From NCBI GenBank assembly GCA_016177025.1, contig JACOWB010000007.1, positions 7,751 to 71,750 of the forward strand: a DNA stretch of 64,000 nucleotides. Direction: 5' to 3'. The stretch is from Candidatus Aenigmatarchaeota archaeon (lineage in GTDB: Archaea > Aenigmatarchaeota > Aenigmatarchaeia > CG10238-14 > SCSR01). Both the position numbers and the translations under genes were made by a program. The notes under the pieces are model-generated. The model was not told where the DNA came from, searched no databases, and saw nothing but the letters and a program-made list of their open reading frames with translations. This document shows, piece after piece, positions 42,058 to 52,647 of this stretch (its first letter is position 1; every line of letters begins with the position of its first letter).

Positions 42058-42610
42058 TGCCGGCTGCGGAGAAAACACATACGGAACACATTTTGTTGAC
42101 AAATACCCGCTGAGGCCAGAAATAAAGAAATGCGATCTAGATTGTGAAAAATTGCCTTTTAAGGACAATTTCTTTGACGAGGTCGTCGGTATTAATGTCC
42201 TAGAGCATTTAACAAACATGGGGTTTGCATTAAAGGAATTGCACAGGGTTATGAAAAAAGGAGGCAAACTAATTCTACAGACAGATAATGCGAATTACTG
42301 GGGTTATGCAATAAGCAAGAGTCATTTAGGAGGGTATGAAGACAGGGATTATTTTAGAAGCAGCGGCGGCGACAAGCACTACGCACTTTTTACAACACAT
42401 CATTTGTGGAATCTCGCAAAAAAAGTAGGGTTTAAGAATATTAAAGTCGGGTATGTTAAAGAAAGCCCCGAAGGATCTTACGTGAGGAGCAATTTACGTT
42501 TTCAAAATATCAGGAAATTAGCTAAATTGATTGCATGGGCAGCCCTTTCCACAATCCCACCATTGTATAGAATGAAGTACGGGAGCTTGAAATTAGAATG
42601 CGTGAAATAA
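42041..42610 (+). CDS. class I SAM-dependent methyltransferase
   Basis: 189 aa. LNAGCG motif I, and FDEVVGINVLEHL. Confidence 0.75.
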   Translation: MKKILNAGCGENTYGTHFVDKYPLRPEIKKCDLDCEKLPFKDNFFDEVVGINVLEHLTNMGFALKELHRVMKKGGKLILQTDNANYWGYAISKSHLGGYEDRDYFRSSGGDKHYALFTTHHLWNLAKKVGFKNIKVGYVKESPEGSYVRSNLRFQNIRKLAKLIAWAALSTIPPLYRMKYGSLKLECVK

Positions 42611-42621
42611 GGATGATTTAA

Positions 42622-43155
42622 ATGAAAAATATTGAAATACACTCTTCTGCACAAGTCTCGGAAAATGCCGAAATAGGAGATGATACCAAAATCTGGAATA
42701 ATGCGCAGATTAGGGAGAACGCAAAAATTGGCAATAGCTGTGTAATAGGCAAAAATGTTTACATAGACCGAGGAGTAAGAGTAGGAAATAATGTTAAGAT
42801 ACAGAACAATGTTTCTATTTTTTACGGCGTTGAAATAGAAGACGGTGTTTTTGTTGGTCCCCATGTCTGCTTTACCAATGATAAATTACCTAGGTCTATA
42901 ACTCCTGATGGGTCATTGAAAAAATCTGGTGATTGGAAAATTTCGAAAACACTGGTAAAATACGGAGCTTCAATTGGAGCAAACTCTACGATACTGTCTA
43001 ACATAACGATTGGAAAATGGGCAATGGTTGGTGCTGGCGCGGTTGTCACCAAAAACGTGCCAGACTATGGCATTGTTGTCGGCAATCCAGCACACTTGAT
43101 AGGATATGCAAACGAAAAAGGCGAGAAGGTTAAGGAAGTTGAGAGGGGAACCTAA
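42622..43155 (+). CDS. left-handed beta-helix sugar N-acetyltransferase (WxcM/QdtC-like)
   Basis: 177 aa of hexapeptide repeats, with VVGNPA near the C-terminus. Confidence 0.75.
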   Translation: MKNIEIHSSAQVSENAEIGDDTKIWNNAQIRENAKIGNSCVIGKNVYIDRGVRVGNNVKIQNNVSIFYGVEIEDGVFVGPHVCFTNDKLPRSITPDGSLKKSGDWKISKTLVKYGASIGANSTILSNITIGKWAMVGAGAVVTKNVPDYGIVVGNPAHLIGYANEKGEKVKEVERGT

Positions 43156-43163
43156 GTCATTAT

Positions 43164-44204
43164 TTAATTAAATCTTATTACATTTCCCGTCTTGTAAGAT
43201 TCTATTGCCTTTAAAGCTATGTGCAATGCGCTCACACCATCTTCTACAGTAACTGGCATCTCAGAATTCGTTTTTACGGCATCTAAAAAAGATCTCAGTT
43301 CAATTCCTAACGGCTCTAATTTAATATCTTCTTGAACAACGCGTGTTTTCGGTTCGAACTTATTTAGAAACTCCTCGAAACTTTCCCATACCATATTTCT
43401 TGTGTCAAGAAAGTTTTCAATAATCTCGATTTTTTGAGATATTGTGTCCACCTTGCAGACATTCTTGGTTCCCACAATATTCATCTCCCTAATTTTAATT
43501 GGCGAAGTCCAGCTTACATTAATTTTTCCTATGACACCATTCTTAAACTTGATTACAATCGTAGCATTGTCTTCTAGTTCTTGCCGAGGTACAATTTTAT
43601 TAGTAGCTACAGCATACATTGTGTCAATTTTGGATCCAATTAGGTGATTCAACAAGTCAATGTCATGTATGGCCAAATCTACGATTATTCCACTGTCCCT
43701 TATTCTCGGTTGGTAAAAAGAGAGGCGATTAGTTTCGATAGAAATCACTTCACCGAACTCACCGTTTTCTAGCATGCTCTTCAAGTGCTTTATCACAGGA
43801 TTAAATCTTTCTATGTGCCCGACCATCAGCTTTAGGTTTTTAGCTCTTACGCCCTTTATAATTTCTTCCGCGTCTGTGATACCATCTGTTATAGGTTTCT
43901 CAACGAAAATATGCACTCCTTTAGCAATGGCACCCATTATTACTTGTTTGTGTTGCATAGTCGGTACAGCAATAGAAACACAATCAAGTTCTTCGTTTTC
44001 TAGCATGTCATTATAGTCGGCGTAAAATTTGCAATTGTATTTGTCTGCAAATTTTCGCTTACTTTCATCAACATCAGAAATTGCCACAAGTTCAGCGTCC
44101 GGAAAGGCTGCAAAATGTCTGACATGGTGCTGGCCCATGCTCCCCACACCTATTACTCCAACCTTTATTTTTTCCATCATATTCAACTGCCTATACCCAT
44201 GCAT
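43164..44204 (-). CDS. Gfo/Idh/MocA-family oxidoreductase
   Basis: KVGVIGVGSMGQHH Rossmann motif and an EKP motif. The true start may be the MMEK codon at 44180. Confidence 0.8.
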   Translation of the reverse strand: MHGYRQLNMMEKIKVGVIGVGSMGQHHVRHFAAFPDAELVAISDVDESKRKFADKYNCKFYADYNDMLENEELDCVSIAVPTMQHKQVIMGAIAKGVHIFVEKPITDGITDAEEIIKGVRAKNLKLMVGHIERFNPVIKHLKSMLENGEFGEVISIETNRLSFYQPRIRDSGIIVDLAIHDIDLLNHLIGSKIDTMYAVATNKIVPRQELEDNATIVIKFKNGVIGKINVSWTSPIKIREMNIVGTKNVCKVDTISQKIEIIENFLDTRNMVWESFEEFLNKFEPKTRVVQEDIKLEPLGIELRSFLDAVKTNSEMPVTVEDGVSALHIALKAIESYKTGNVIRFN

Positions 44205-44334
44205 CTAGTCTTTCTAACATGATTTGAAATGTAAAAGCATTTAAAGAAATGTGGTTCCTCTTCGAACGGCGAACAAATTACCTCTGGATCCTTTTTAAAT
44301 TTATCACTTTAGATAATGTAAGAGGGTTTTCGTA

Positions 44335-45459
44335 ATGATACAGACATGCTCACGATGCGTTTTTAATTCGAATGTGCCAGGAATATCCTTTGATTCAGAG
44401 GGGATATGCACTTATTGTAAAATACATGATCAGCTTGTGGTCGAATACCCTGCTGGCGAAGAAGGTTGGAAAAAACTTGAACAAATCGCCCAAAAAATAA
44501 AAGAAAATGGTAAAAACAAAAAATATGACTGTGTCGTCGGTGTTAGTGGCGGTTGCGATTCGTCGTATACTGTGTATATTGCCAAGAAACTTGGGTTACG
44601 TCCGTTAGCTGTGCATTTCGATAATACATGGAATTCGACTTTTGCAGTGGAAAACATCCATAATCTATTAAAAAAAATGGATGTGGATTTATACACCTAC
44701 GTGATTGATAACGAAGAGTTCAACGATATTTCCAGAGCATTTATAAATGCGGCTGTGCCAGAAATCGACGCCCCTACAGATGTAGCGCTTGCGACAGTTC
44801 TGTATATGGCTGCCGAGGAGCACGGTATAAAATATATATTGAATGGGCATTCGTTTAGGACAGAAGGCATGGGTCCGCCGGGGTGGTTTTATTTTGACGG
44901 TAAATATGTGGACAATGTTCATAAAAAGTTTGGCGAACGTCCAATGAAGACGTATCCCAATCTATGGTTATCAAAATGGCTCAAGTGGATCACAATCAAA
45001 CAAATAAAAACAATACGTCCCCTGTGGTACATAGACCATAATAAAGAAGAAACTAAGGAATTCCTTAAAAACGAGTTTGGCTGGAAGTGGTACGGCGGAC
45101 ACCATATGGAAAACAAGTTCACTTATTTCTGCCATAATTTCTGGTTGCCGAAAAAATTCAACATAGATTTACGTTATGTGGAACTTTCCGCCTTTATAAG
45201 AGCCGGACAAATTACCCGCGAGGACGCCCTTGAGAAACTACAAACTCCACCACCAATAAGCGATGATCTTATTAGCGAGGTTAAGAAGCGTCTTAAATTT
45301 ACGGACGAAAAGTTCGAAGAGATATTAAAAAGGCACAATAAATACCCAAAAGATTATGGCACTTACCATCCAACATTCAAGCGACTGAGGCCTTTCTTTT
45401 GGCTCTTATACAAGGCAAATTTGGTGCCAAAAACATTCTACATTAAATATACAAAATAA
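44335..45459 (+). CDS. N-acetyl sugar amidotransferase (PP-loop ATPase, WbpG/AglX-like)
   Basis: 374 aa. N-terminal zinc ribbon CSRC...CTYC, then the PP-loop VVGVSGGCDSSY. HisH-like and HisF-like genes follow. Confidence 0.85.
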   Translation: MIQTCSRCVFNSNVPGISFDSEGICTYCKIHDQLVVEYPAGEEGWKKLEQIAQKIKENGKNKKYDCVVGVSGGCDSSYTVYIAKKLGLRPLAVHFDNTWNSTFAVENIHNLLKKMDVDLYTYVIDNEEFNDISRAFINAAVPEIDAPTDVALATVLYMAAEEHGIKYILNGHSFRTEGMGPPGWFYFDGKYVDNVHKKFGERPMKTYPNLWLSKWLKWITIKQIKTIRPLWYIDHNKEETKEFLKNEFGWKWYGGHHMENKFTYFCHNFWLPKKFNIDLRYVELSAFIRAGQITREDALEKLQTPPPISDDLISEVKKRLKFTDEKFEEILKRHNKYPKDYGTYHPTFKRLRPFFWLLYKANLVPKTFYIKYTK

Positions 45460-45470
45460 ACAGTGATGTT

Positions 45471-46091
45471 ATGAAAATCGTTATCATTAATTGCGGTGTG
45501 GGAAATGTAGGGTCAGTGAAGAACATGCTTAAGAAAATAGGGCACGAATCTGTAATTTCCGCAGAGATTTCAGATATAGAAAAAGCAGATAAATTAATTT
45601 TTCCAGGAATAGGCGCTTTTGATAGCGGGATGGAAAGGATTGAACAACTTGGTATATTGCCTGTTCTTGAAAAAAAAGTGATTGAAAATAAAACCCCCAT
45701 CTTGGGAATATGCTTGGGAATGCAGTTATTCGGCAAGAGTAGCGAAGAGGGAAAAAAATCTGGCTTGGGATTGGTAGACGCAAATACCATAAGGTTCAGG
45801 TTTGATGACACACAAACAAAGTTAAAAATTCCTCACATGGGGTGGAATACCACTAAGGCTGTTAAAAAGAACCCGTTATTTCTTGATTTGGAAGATGATG
45901 CTAGATTTTATTTTGTGCATTCGTATCATGTAGTTTGTAACAAAAAAGAAGATGTTATAGCAACAACTAACTACGGATCTGATTTTGTCTCCTCTCTCTG
46001 CAAGGAAAATATTTTTGGCGTACAATTTCATCCCGAAAAGAGCCATAAATACGGAATGAGACTTTTGAAAAATTTCGTGGAGGTTGTATAG
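45471..46091 (+). CDS. glutamine amidotransferase subunit, HisH-like (AglY/WbuY-like)
   Basis: 206 aa. FPGIGAF, GICLGMQ (catalytic Cys) and GVQFHPEKS. Confidence 0.88.
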   Translation: MKIVIINCGVGNVGSVKNMLKKIGHESVISAEISDIEKADKLIFPGIGAFDSGMERIEQLGILPVLEKKVIENKTPILGICLGMQLFGKSSEEGKKSGLGLVDANTIRFRFDDTQTKLKIPHMGWNTTKAVKKNPLFLDLEDDARFYFVHSYHVVCNKKEDVIATTNYGSDFVSSLCKENIFGVQFHPEKSHKYGMRLLKNFVEVV

Positions 46092-46095
46092 ACAT

Positions 46096-46857
46096 ATGTT
46101 AGGCACAAGAGTGTTTCCTTGTTTGCTGCTCAGAAATTCTTCGCTAGTCAAAACAATAAAATTTGAAAATCCTCGATATATTGGCGACCCGATAAATACT
46201 GTCATCATTTATAATGAGAAGGAAGTGGATGAATTGGTTTTCCTTGACATAACAGCCACAACAGAAAATAGAAAACCAAACTTCCAAACCATCTCTGAAA
46301 TAGCCAGCGAATGTTTCATGCCTTTCGCTTACGGAGGAGGAATCAAAACTTTAGACGATATAAAGCAGACTATAAATTTGGGTGCTGAGAAAGCTGTTAT
46401 TAATACACAAGCGATTAAACGCCCACAATTCATAAAAGACGCCGCGAGCTTTTTTGGAAGCCAAAGCGTTATTGTAGCAATCGACATTAAGAAAAACCAT
46501 CTCGGAGAATATAGGGTATATTCTCACAGCGAAAAGAAACTTACTGGACTTGATCCTGTTGAATTCGCTGTTCAGATGGAGAATCTTGGGGCAGGCGAGA
46601 TTTTTTTGAATTCCGTTGACAGAGATGGGACCATGGAAGGTTATGATTTGGAACTGATAAAAAAAGTTTCTGAACCATTGAACATACCAATCGTTGCGTG
46701 CGGAGGAGCCGGCAATATAAAAGATATTGGTGCCGCGATTAAAGCTGGAGCGTCGGCTGTCGCAGCAGGTAGCATATTTATCTATCAGGGAAAAAACAGG
46801 TCCGTGTTAATTAATTTCCCAACCAAAGAAGAGCTGAAGGAAGTCTTAGAAACATAG
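46096..46857 (+). CDS. HisF-like cyclase/synthase subunit (AglZ/WbuZ-like)
   Basis: RVFPCLLL..., DELVFLDI, GGGIKT and ACGGAGN fit a (beta/alpha)8 HisF pattern. Confidence 0.88.
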   Translation: MLGTRVFPCLLLRNSSLVKTIKFENPRYIGDPINTVIIYNEKEVDELVFLDITATTENRKPNFQTISEIASECFMPFAYGGGIKTLDDIKQTINLGAEKAVINTQAIKRPQFIKDAASFFGSQSVIVAIDIKKNHLGEYRVYSHSEKKLTGLDPVEFAVQMENLGAGEIFLNSVDRDGTMEGYDLELIKKVSEPLNIPIVACGGAGNIKDIGAAIKAGASAVAAGSIFIYQGKNRSVLINFPTKEELKEVLET

Positions 46858-46866
46858 GTCATATAG

Positions 46867-47979
46867 ATGAAAATTTGTTTTTTAGCTGACGGGAGCAGAA
46901 AAGGCGGAGTCTTTATTCGAGAATGGATAAACTATTTTGTCAAGAATCATGAATTATCTTTGGTAACGTTCAATAAGCCAAGTGGCATAGATGAACGCGT
47001 TGATACGCATTACATACCTAGAATTGAAACAGGAAAATTGATGAAAACACTTAGTTTGCCGAACTTTATATTGAAGTTCAGGGGGCTGATAAAAAAAATA
47101 AATCCGGATATATTGTATGCTCATTATGTGTTGCATTACGGCTTAGCTGGAGCACTAAGCGGATTTCATCCTTTCGGATTGAGCCCTTTAGGAAGCGATA
47201 TAGCAACTGTTCCAGACAGAGCGCAAATATTTAGATATGCAACCACTTTTGCCTTGAAAAAGGCCGACCTGATACAAGTCCAAGACTTATTGAGTGCTGA
47301 AAGAGTGATGGAGCTTGGCGCCGATGAAAGAAAGATTTCGGTAATACCTTGGGGCGTGAATTTAGAAAAATTCAAAACTAGAAAAGTCGAAAAGGAATAC
47401 GATGTCATAAATGTCAACCGCTACAATGCAGACACCTTCATAAAAGCTATATCCATCGTGAAAAATGACATACCCAATATCAAAGTCCTTTGGTTAGGAG
47501 TAAAGGGAGAACATCATTTAATCGACTTGTTGAAAAAATTCGATGTCTTGAAAAATGTAAAGTTAGAAAGTTTTGTCAACAACCAAGATATCCCCAAGTA
47601 TTTATCGAAAGCTAGAATTTTTGTGGACGGTTTTTACCCCGGACATGATAAAGGAGGTCACAGCTATGGTGTTGCGCTTCACGAGGCTATGGCTTGCGGC
47701 ATACCAACAATCGTAGCCAACAGGCAGGAAATCTATAAATTGAAAGGAAAAAACAAATGGTATTTTGGCTGGACTTTCGATGGGAACAGGCACGAAGATT
47801 TAGCAAATAAGATAATATCCTTGTTAGAAAACGATGGCGAAAAAAAGAAAATCAGCAGAAAAAACAGAGAAATTGTCGAAAAAAGATTTAACTTCTCTAA
47901 AAACATGGAAAAAATAGAAAATGAGATGGAAAGGATAGTTGACAGTTATAAACAAAAGTCTTTAGACAAGGGAGAATAA
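46867..47979 (+). CDS. GT-B glycosyltransferase
   Basis: 370 aa with a C-terminal GT1-type domain (YGVALHEAMACGIPTIV). Confidence 0.75.
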   Translation: MKICFLADGSRKGGVFIREWINYFVKNHELSLVTFNKPSGIDERVDTHYIPRIETGKLMKTLSLPNFILKFRGLIKKINPDILYAHYVLHYGLAGALSGFHPFGLSPLGSDIATVPDRAQIFRYATTFALKKADLIQVQDLLSAERVMELGADERKISVIPWGVNLEKFKTRKVEKEYDVINVNRYNADTFIKAISIVKNDIPNIKVLWLGVKGEHHLIDLLKKFDVLKNVKLESFVNNQDIPKYLSKARIFVDGFYPGHDKGGHSYGVALHEAMACGIPTIVANRQEIYKLKGKNKWYFGWTFDGNRHEDLANKIISLLENDGEKKKISRKNREIVEKRFNFSKNMEKIENEMERIVDSYKQKSLDKGE

Positions 47980-48010
47980 TTTTTAAATACGTTAACATCA
48001 GGTTAAGATT

Positions 48011-48673
48011 ATGTTTCAATACCCAGAGCCAAACAAAGAAAAAATGTTCAAGAATCTCTTTGACAGAGAAAAATACAAAAATATACTGGATGTCGGTGCG
48101 TCAGTTTTTACCATAAATCTTTTGAAAAAATATTTTCCCGATGCATCTATTCAAGGCATTAATATAGAAATAATTCCTAGAGACAAAATACCAGAAATAA
48201 CTCTGGGAAATGCCGAAAGCTTGGCGTTCAAAGACAATTCTTTCGACCTAATCTTTAGTGTAGAAACTCTAGAGCACGTTATTTATCCAAATAAATTTAT
48301 CGAAGAAGTTAAAAGAGTTCTCAAACCAGGCGGAGATATAATCTTGGATACACCGAATTTGAATTCATGGTCCAATAGAATCTTAATGATGTTGGGATTT
48401 CCACCTACGAATTATACACCCTATCCGGGAAAAACTCCAGGTGTTCCTAAAATATTCGGGACATCCCCTGTATGGGATCATCCAAGAGTATTTCCTTACA
48501 GGTCATTAAAGGAAATCTTCAATTCAAATGGATTCAAATTGAAAAGAATTATGGGTATAAATAAAACAGATAAAGATACTTCTTTCAGAAAATTACGATT
48601 CATAGTAGAGAAGTTGACCCCACAATCTTGGCACGAGATTACGGTACTTAAAGCAACCATTGAAAAAAAGTAG
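48011..48673 (+). CDS. class I SAM-dependent methyltransferase
   Basis: 220 aa. ILDVGAS, FDLIFSVETLEHV and LKPGG. Confidence 0.78.
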   Translation: MFQYPEPNKEKMFKNLFDREKYKNILDVGASVFTINLLKKYFPDASIQGINIEIIPRDKIPEITLGNAESLAFKDNSFDLIFSVETLEHVIYPNKFIEEVKRVLKPGGDIILDTPNLNSWSNRILMMLGFPPTNYTPYPGKTPGVPKIFGTSPVWDHPRVFPYRSLKEIFNSNGFKLKRIMGINKTDKDTSFRKLRFIVEKLTPQSWHEITVLKATIEKK

Positions 48674-48714
48674 AATTGATTTAATCCCGTTTTGATAAAT
48701 CAGGATAAGTTATT

Positions 48715-50259
48715 ATGATGAAGAATCCGTCTGATGCTAAGCATCCTATAAGAACGAAACTAATATCCAATGCGTTCTTTATCTTCATTGACTGGTTTGC
48801 ACTTTCTTTCTTTTCATTCCTTTACTGGTTTATCATAGGTAAAACTCTGCTTCCAGAAGAATACGGTATAGTATATGTGTTCCATAACATTACAGTGATA
48901 GTTTCAAGCCTTTTACCTTTGGGCACATCAATCTCTCTTTTCAAACTTATACCAGAGTACATACACAACAATCAATTAGGTAAGATAACCTCTTCTATAA
49001 GATTTACATTAAAATTGCTCACATTCACCACTTTAATTACGTCATTATTTATTTTCATATTTTCTGACACGATATCTACTCTTCTGAAGATACCAAAAAT
49101 CTTGGTATGGTTGCTGCCTGTAAGTTTGTTTTCTTACGCCGTTTTCAGCCATCAAGCAAGCATCATGCAAGGGTTTCAACATATCAGGAAATTAGCTATA
49201 ACTTCAGCTATAGGACAAATATTAAAAGTTGTCATAGCGGGTGTTCTAGTTTATGCTAATATGAGCTTTTTCGGCCCAATAATAGGTTTTATAGCATCTT
49301 CATTCATACTCATCGTAATACGAGGAGGTTATCTGTTTTACAATAAACCCCCAGTTAAAATCAACATTAAAGAAATTGTTCTAAAGTTTGGGGTAGCGGC
49401 ACTTTTGGACAGAATGTCCCTACTTCTACTCACCAGCAGCGCCTCATTAATTCTAGCATTCTTCTACACACCAGAAGTTGTCGGTATTTTTGGCGTATCC
49501 ATGCTAATAGGAGGTCAACTCAGTCTAGTACCGACAATATTTTCTTTTGCACTGTTTCCAATAACGTCACTACTTTCATCCAGTAAGAGGATGGAAAAAA
49601 GACAGTCCTATCTTATCAATTCTGTATTCAGATACACGCTTTTAATTACCTTGCCGATTATAATCTTTGTAACATTATTTTCAGGAAAACTAATTACACT
49701 ACTTTCACAGGAGTCGTATTTATCAGGAAAACCTCTAATACCCATATTGGCTATAGGCTCTTTACTTCTCGGCATATCAATCATATTTACGAGAAGCCTT
49801 TATGCCATTGGAAAAACTAATGTGCAAAGGAAGTTATTCATATTGACATCAGTCATCTATGTGGTTCTTTCATTCACATTAACGTATATGTTTTCAGCAT
49901 TAGGGGCCTCAATTGCTTATGCTATATCGTCGTTTGTTTTATTTGTAACTAGTTTCATTTATCTAAGAAAAATCTTAAAATTCGATATTCCCCTCAGAAG
50001 TATAAGAAAAATCATAGTAGCAAATATTGTTTCATTGGGAATTTTGTACGTTCTGTCAAATTTCGCACCCAATATTTTGATTGGTACTTTGTACACAATC
50101 TTAGTTGGAATGTTCTATTTGGTATTGCTACTCTTTCTCCGGTTTTATACTATAGATGATATAAACTTAATCAATGCCGTATCTAATCACATACCTATTG
50201 GTAAAAATTTAGTGAACAATCTGATAAAAATAATTTCAAAATATGCAGAAAAAAGCTGA
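48715..50259 (+). CDS. Wzx-like oligosaccharide flippase (MOP superfamily)
   Basis: 514 aa with about 14 TM helices, in a polysaccharide-cluster context. Confidence 0.75.
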   Translation: MMKNPSDAKHPIRTKLISNAFFIFIDWFALSFFSFLYWFIIGKTLLPEEYGIVYVFHNITVIVSSLLPLGTSISLFKLIPEYIHNNQLGKITSSIRFTLKLLTFTTLITSLFIFIFSDTISTLLKIPKILVWLLPVSLFSYAVFSHQASIMQGFQHIRKLAITSAIGQILKVVIAGVLVYANMSFFGPIIGFIASSFILIVIRGGYLFYNKPPVKINIKEIVLKFGVAALLDRMSLLLLTSSASLILAFFYTPEVVGIFGVSMLIGGQLSLVPTIFSFALFPITSLLSSSKRMEKRQSYLINSVFRYTLLITLPIIIFVTLFSGKLITLLSQESYLSGKPLIPILAIGSLLLGISIIFTRSLYAIGKTNVQRKLFILTSVIYVVLSFTLTYMFSALGASIAYAISSFVLFVTSFIYLRKILKFDIPLRSIRKIIVANIVSLGILYVLSNFAPNILIGTLYTILVGMFYLVLLLFLRFYTIDDINLINAVSNHIPIGKNLVNNLIKIISKYAEKS

Positions 50260-50306
50260 AATGCATGTTAAAATATTCTAATATTGTAGAATGGTGATAA
50301 ATAAAA

Positions 50307-51473
50307 ATGAACAACGAACAAAAGTCTATCTCCTTGGCAAAAGAGTGGATACTTAATTCTGGTATACAGAATTTGAACTCGAATGGAGCTTTTAATGGCG
50401 GATTTAATTCATGGTTCGATGTGGAAAAGAAACGTTACCCGTTTATTTATTCTGAGATAACTGGATACGGGCTTACAACACTTCTCTTTTTGAACTCGAT
50501 ATTTAAAAATGAAATTTCTCTTTCAAGAGCGAAACTAGCCGCCGAATGGGTTATATCAAATGCATTTCACCCCAGTGGCGGGATAAAATCTCGATGTTAT
50601 TACGAAAAATCTGAGGAAGACGAACAATATTCATTTGAAAGAGGATTTCTTTATTCTTTTGACTCTGCAATTGTTATGAACGGTTTGTTAAATTTGTACG
50701 CCGCCATTAAAAATCCAGTATATTTGAAAACTGCACAGAAAATAGCCGACTTTTTAATTGATAAAATGATGACAAAAAAGGGCGTTTTCTATCCCTTATA
50801 CGATCAACTTTCCCAGACCACAAAAAGCACTTATGATAAATGGTCGACACAATCCGGCAGTTTTCATTCGAAGATTTTTATCGGATTGATAAAGTTATCA
50901 GAAATTACCAAAGAAGAGAGATACATAGAAGTAGTTAAAAAATCTCAAGGCACGCTTCTAAAGTTTCAAAGGAATGACGGCAGGTTCATAACAGACGAAA
51001 AGGATGGAAGCACAAATCTGCATCCACATTGCTATTCTATTGAAGGTTTATTGTATGCGGGAGTAAAACTCAACGACGAGAAGCTTATTGAAAGATTGGC
51101 AAAAGCGGTAGAATGGGTTTTTAATAACCAACTAGACGATTTCTCTATACCCCAATTATTTTCAAACAGAGGCTCTATAAAATACGAAAGATCGGATATT
51201 ACAGCCCAAGTTATAAGATTAGGTTCGTTTTTAATCCAGAACAACTACTTGGATGCAGGATATATGAAAAATTTAGATGCTTCAAAAGATCGTTTATTAT
51301 CCCTTCAAAATATGAACAATGAACAAAGGGGCGGTTTCTTCTACGGATTTGACCAAAATGGTATCAGACTAAAGCATCTCAATTCATGGTGCACAATGTT
51401 CTCAATCCAGGCGCTGGCATTTTACCACAGCCTTAAAAGCAAACAACAAATAAGTCTAAACTTAGTCATATGA
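50307..51473 (+). CDS. alpha/alpha-toroid repeat protein (prenyltransferase/terpene-cyclase-like repeats), function unknown
   Basis: 388 aa. Recurrent L...Q...DG.F / GGF motifs (LLKFQRNDGRF, LLSLQNMNNEQRGGFFYG). Confidence 0.45.
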   Translation: MNNEQKSISLAKEWILNSGIQNLNSNGAFNGGFNSWFDVEKKRYPFIYSEITGYGLTTLLFLNSIFKNEISLSRAKLAAEWVISNAFHPSGGIKSRCYYEKSEEDEQYSFERGFLYSFDSAIVMNGLLNLYAAIKNPVYLKTAQKIADFLIDKMMTKKGVFYPLYDQLSQTTKSTYDKWSTQSGSFHSKIFIGLIKLSEITKEERYIEVVKKSQGTLLKFQRNDGRFITDEKDGSTNLHPHCYSIEGLLYAGVKLNDEKLIERLAKAVEWVFNNQLDDFSIPQLFSNRGSIKYERSDITAQVIRLGSFLIQNNYLDAGYMKNLDASKDRLLSLQNMNNEQRGGFFYGFDQNGIRLKHLNSWCTMFSIQALAFYHSLKSKQQISLNLVI

Positions 51474-51552
51474 GCACAAATCCAATTTGTAGATATATGA
51501 CAGAAGTGTGGTTCAAGTCAAGTATTTAAAGATGTGTCCCATTTTCAAATAT

Positions 51553-52644
51553 ATGATCACTACTATAATCGGGACAAGGCCAGAAATTATTAAAATGTCT
51601 AATCTAATTCCATTGTTAGACAAGAATTTTGAGCACAAATTCATTTTCTCTGGACAACACTTCTCAAAAGAAATGGTAGATATTTTCTTTGGGCAATTGA
51701 AAGTCAGGCAACCGGATGTAGTTCTAAGTGCGGGAAACCTTGAACACAAACCAATGGCTAGTTCTGACTACACATATCTATTGCCGACTATAACAAATGA
51801 ACTAAAAGAAAACAAGTCAGACTACATTATAGTTTACGGTGATACAAATTCTACTCTCGCATCCACATTAATAGCTCAAAAATTCGGCAAAAAGGTTATA
51901 CATATAGAGGCCGGGTTGAGAAGCTATGATGACAGAATGGCAGAAGAGATGGTAAGAATATTGGTTGACCATATGAGCGATCTTTTATTCGCCCCTAGCG
52001 AATTGGCATCGATGTTTTTAGAGAAGGAGGGAATTAAAAATAACAAATTTGTAGTAGGCAATACAGTAGTCGATGCCTGTTTAAAATATTCAGAAATTGC
52101 CGACAGAGAAAGTAAAATTTTAGATACACTTGATTTAGAAAAAGATGAATATACACTGGCAACAATACACAGGGCCGAAAACGTCGATTCTCCTCAGAGA
52201 CTGATTAAAATATTGCGTGCTCTGTCTTCGATAGAGAAGCAGGTAGTTATACCAATACATCCGAGGCATAAAAAGAGACTGAGCGAATTCGGTTTCAATG
52301 TTCCTTCAAATATAAAATCAATAGAACCATTGGGTTATTTGGACACATTAAAACTTATGAAAAATTCGGCTTTTGTCTTGACAGACTCTGGAGGCATTCA
52401 AGAAGAAGCAATAACACTAAAAGTGCCATGCATAACTTTAAGGGAAACAACAGAAAGATGGGAGACTGTTTCTCTAGGGGCAAATTTCCTTACGGGAATC
52501 GATCCCACACTAATAAAGTATAAAGCAAAGATGATTTCCGACACAAATATGAAATCCAAGATAGAAAAAATAGAAAATCCATACGGTGACGGCACTGCTA
52601 GCGAAAAAATAACCAATATACTTTTGGATAAGGTTAATCACTAA
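51553..52644 (+). CDS. wecB: UDP-N-acetylglucosamine 2-epimerase (non-hydrolysing, WecB/WbpI-like)
   Basis: IIGTRPEIIKM, GDTNSTLA, HIEAGLRS, HRAENVD and LTDSGGIQEEA. Confidence 0.92.
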   Translation: MITTIIGTRPEIIKMSNLIPLLDKNFEHKFIFSGQHFSKEMVDIFFGQLKVRQPDVVLSAGNLEHKPMASSDYTYLLPTITNELKENKSDYIIVYGDTNSTLASTLIAQKFGKKVIHIEAGLRSYDDRMAEEMVRILVDHMSDLLFAPSELASMFLEKEGIKNNKFVVGNTVVDACLKYSEIADRESKILDTLDLEKDEYTLATIHRAENVDSPQRLIKILRALSSIEKQVVIPIHPRHKKRLSEFGFNVPSNIKSIEPLGYLDTLKLMKNSAFVLTDSGGIQEEAITLKVPCITLRETTERWETVSLGANFLTGIDPTLIKYKAKMISDTNMKSKIEKIENPYGDGTASEKITNILLDKVNH

Positions 52645-52647
52645 AGG

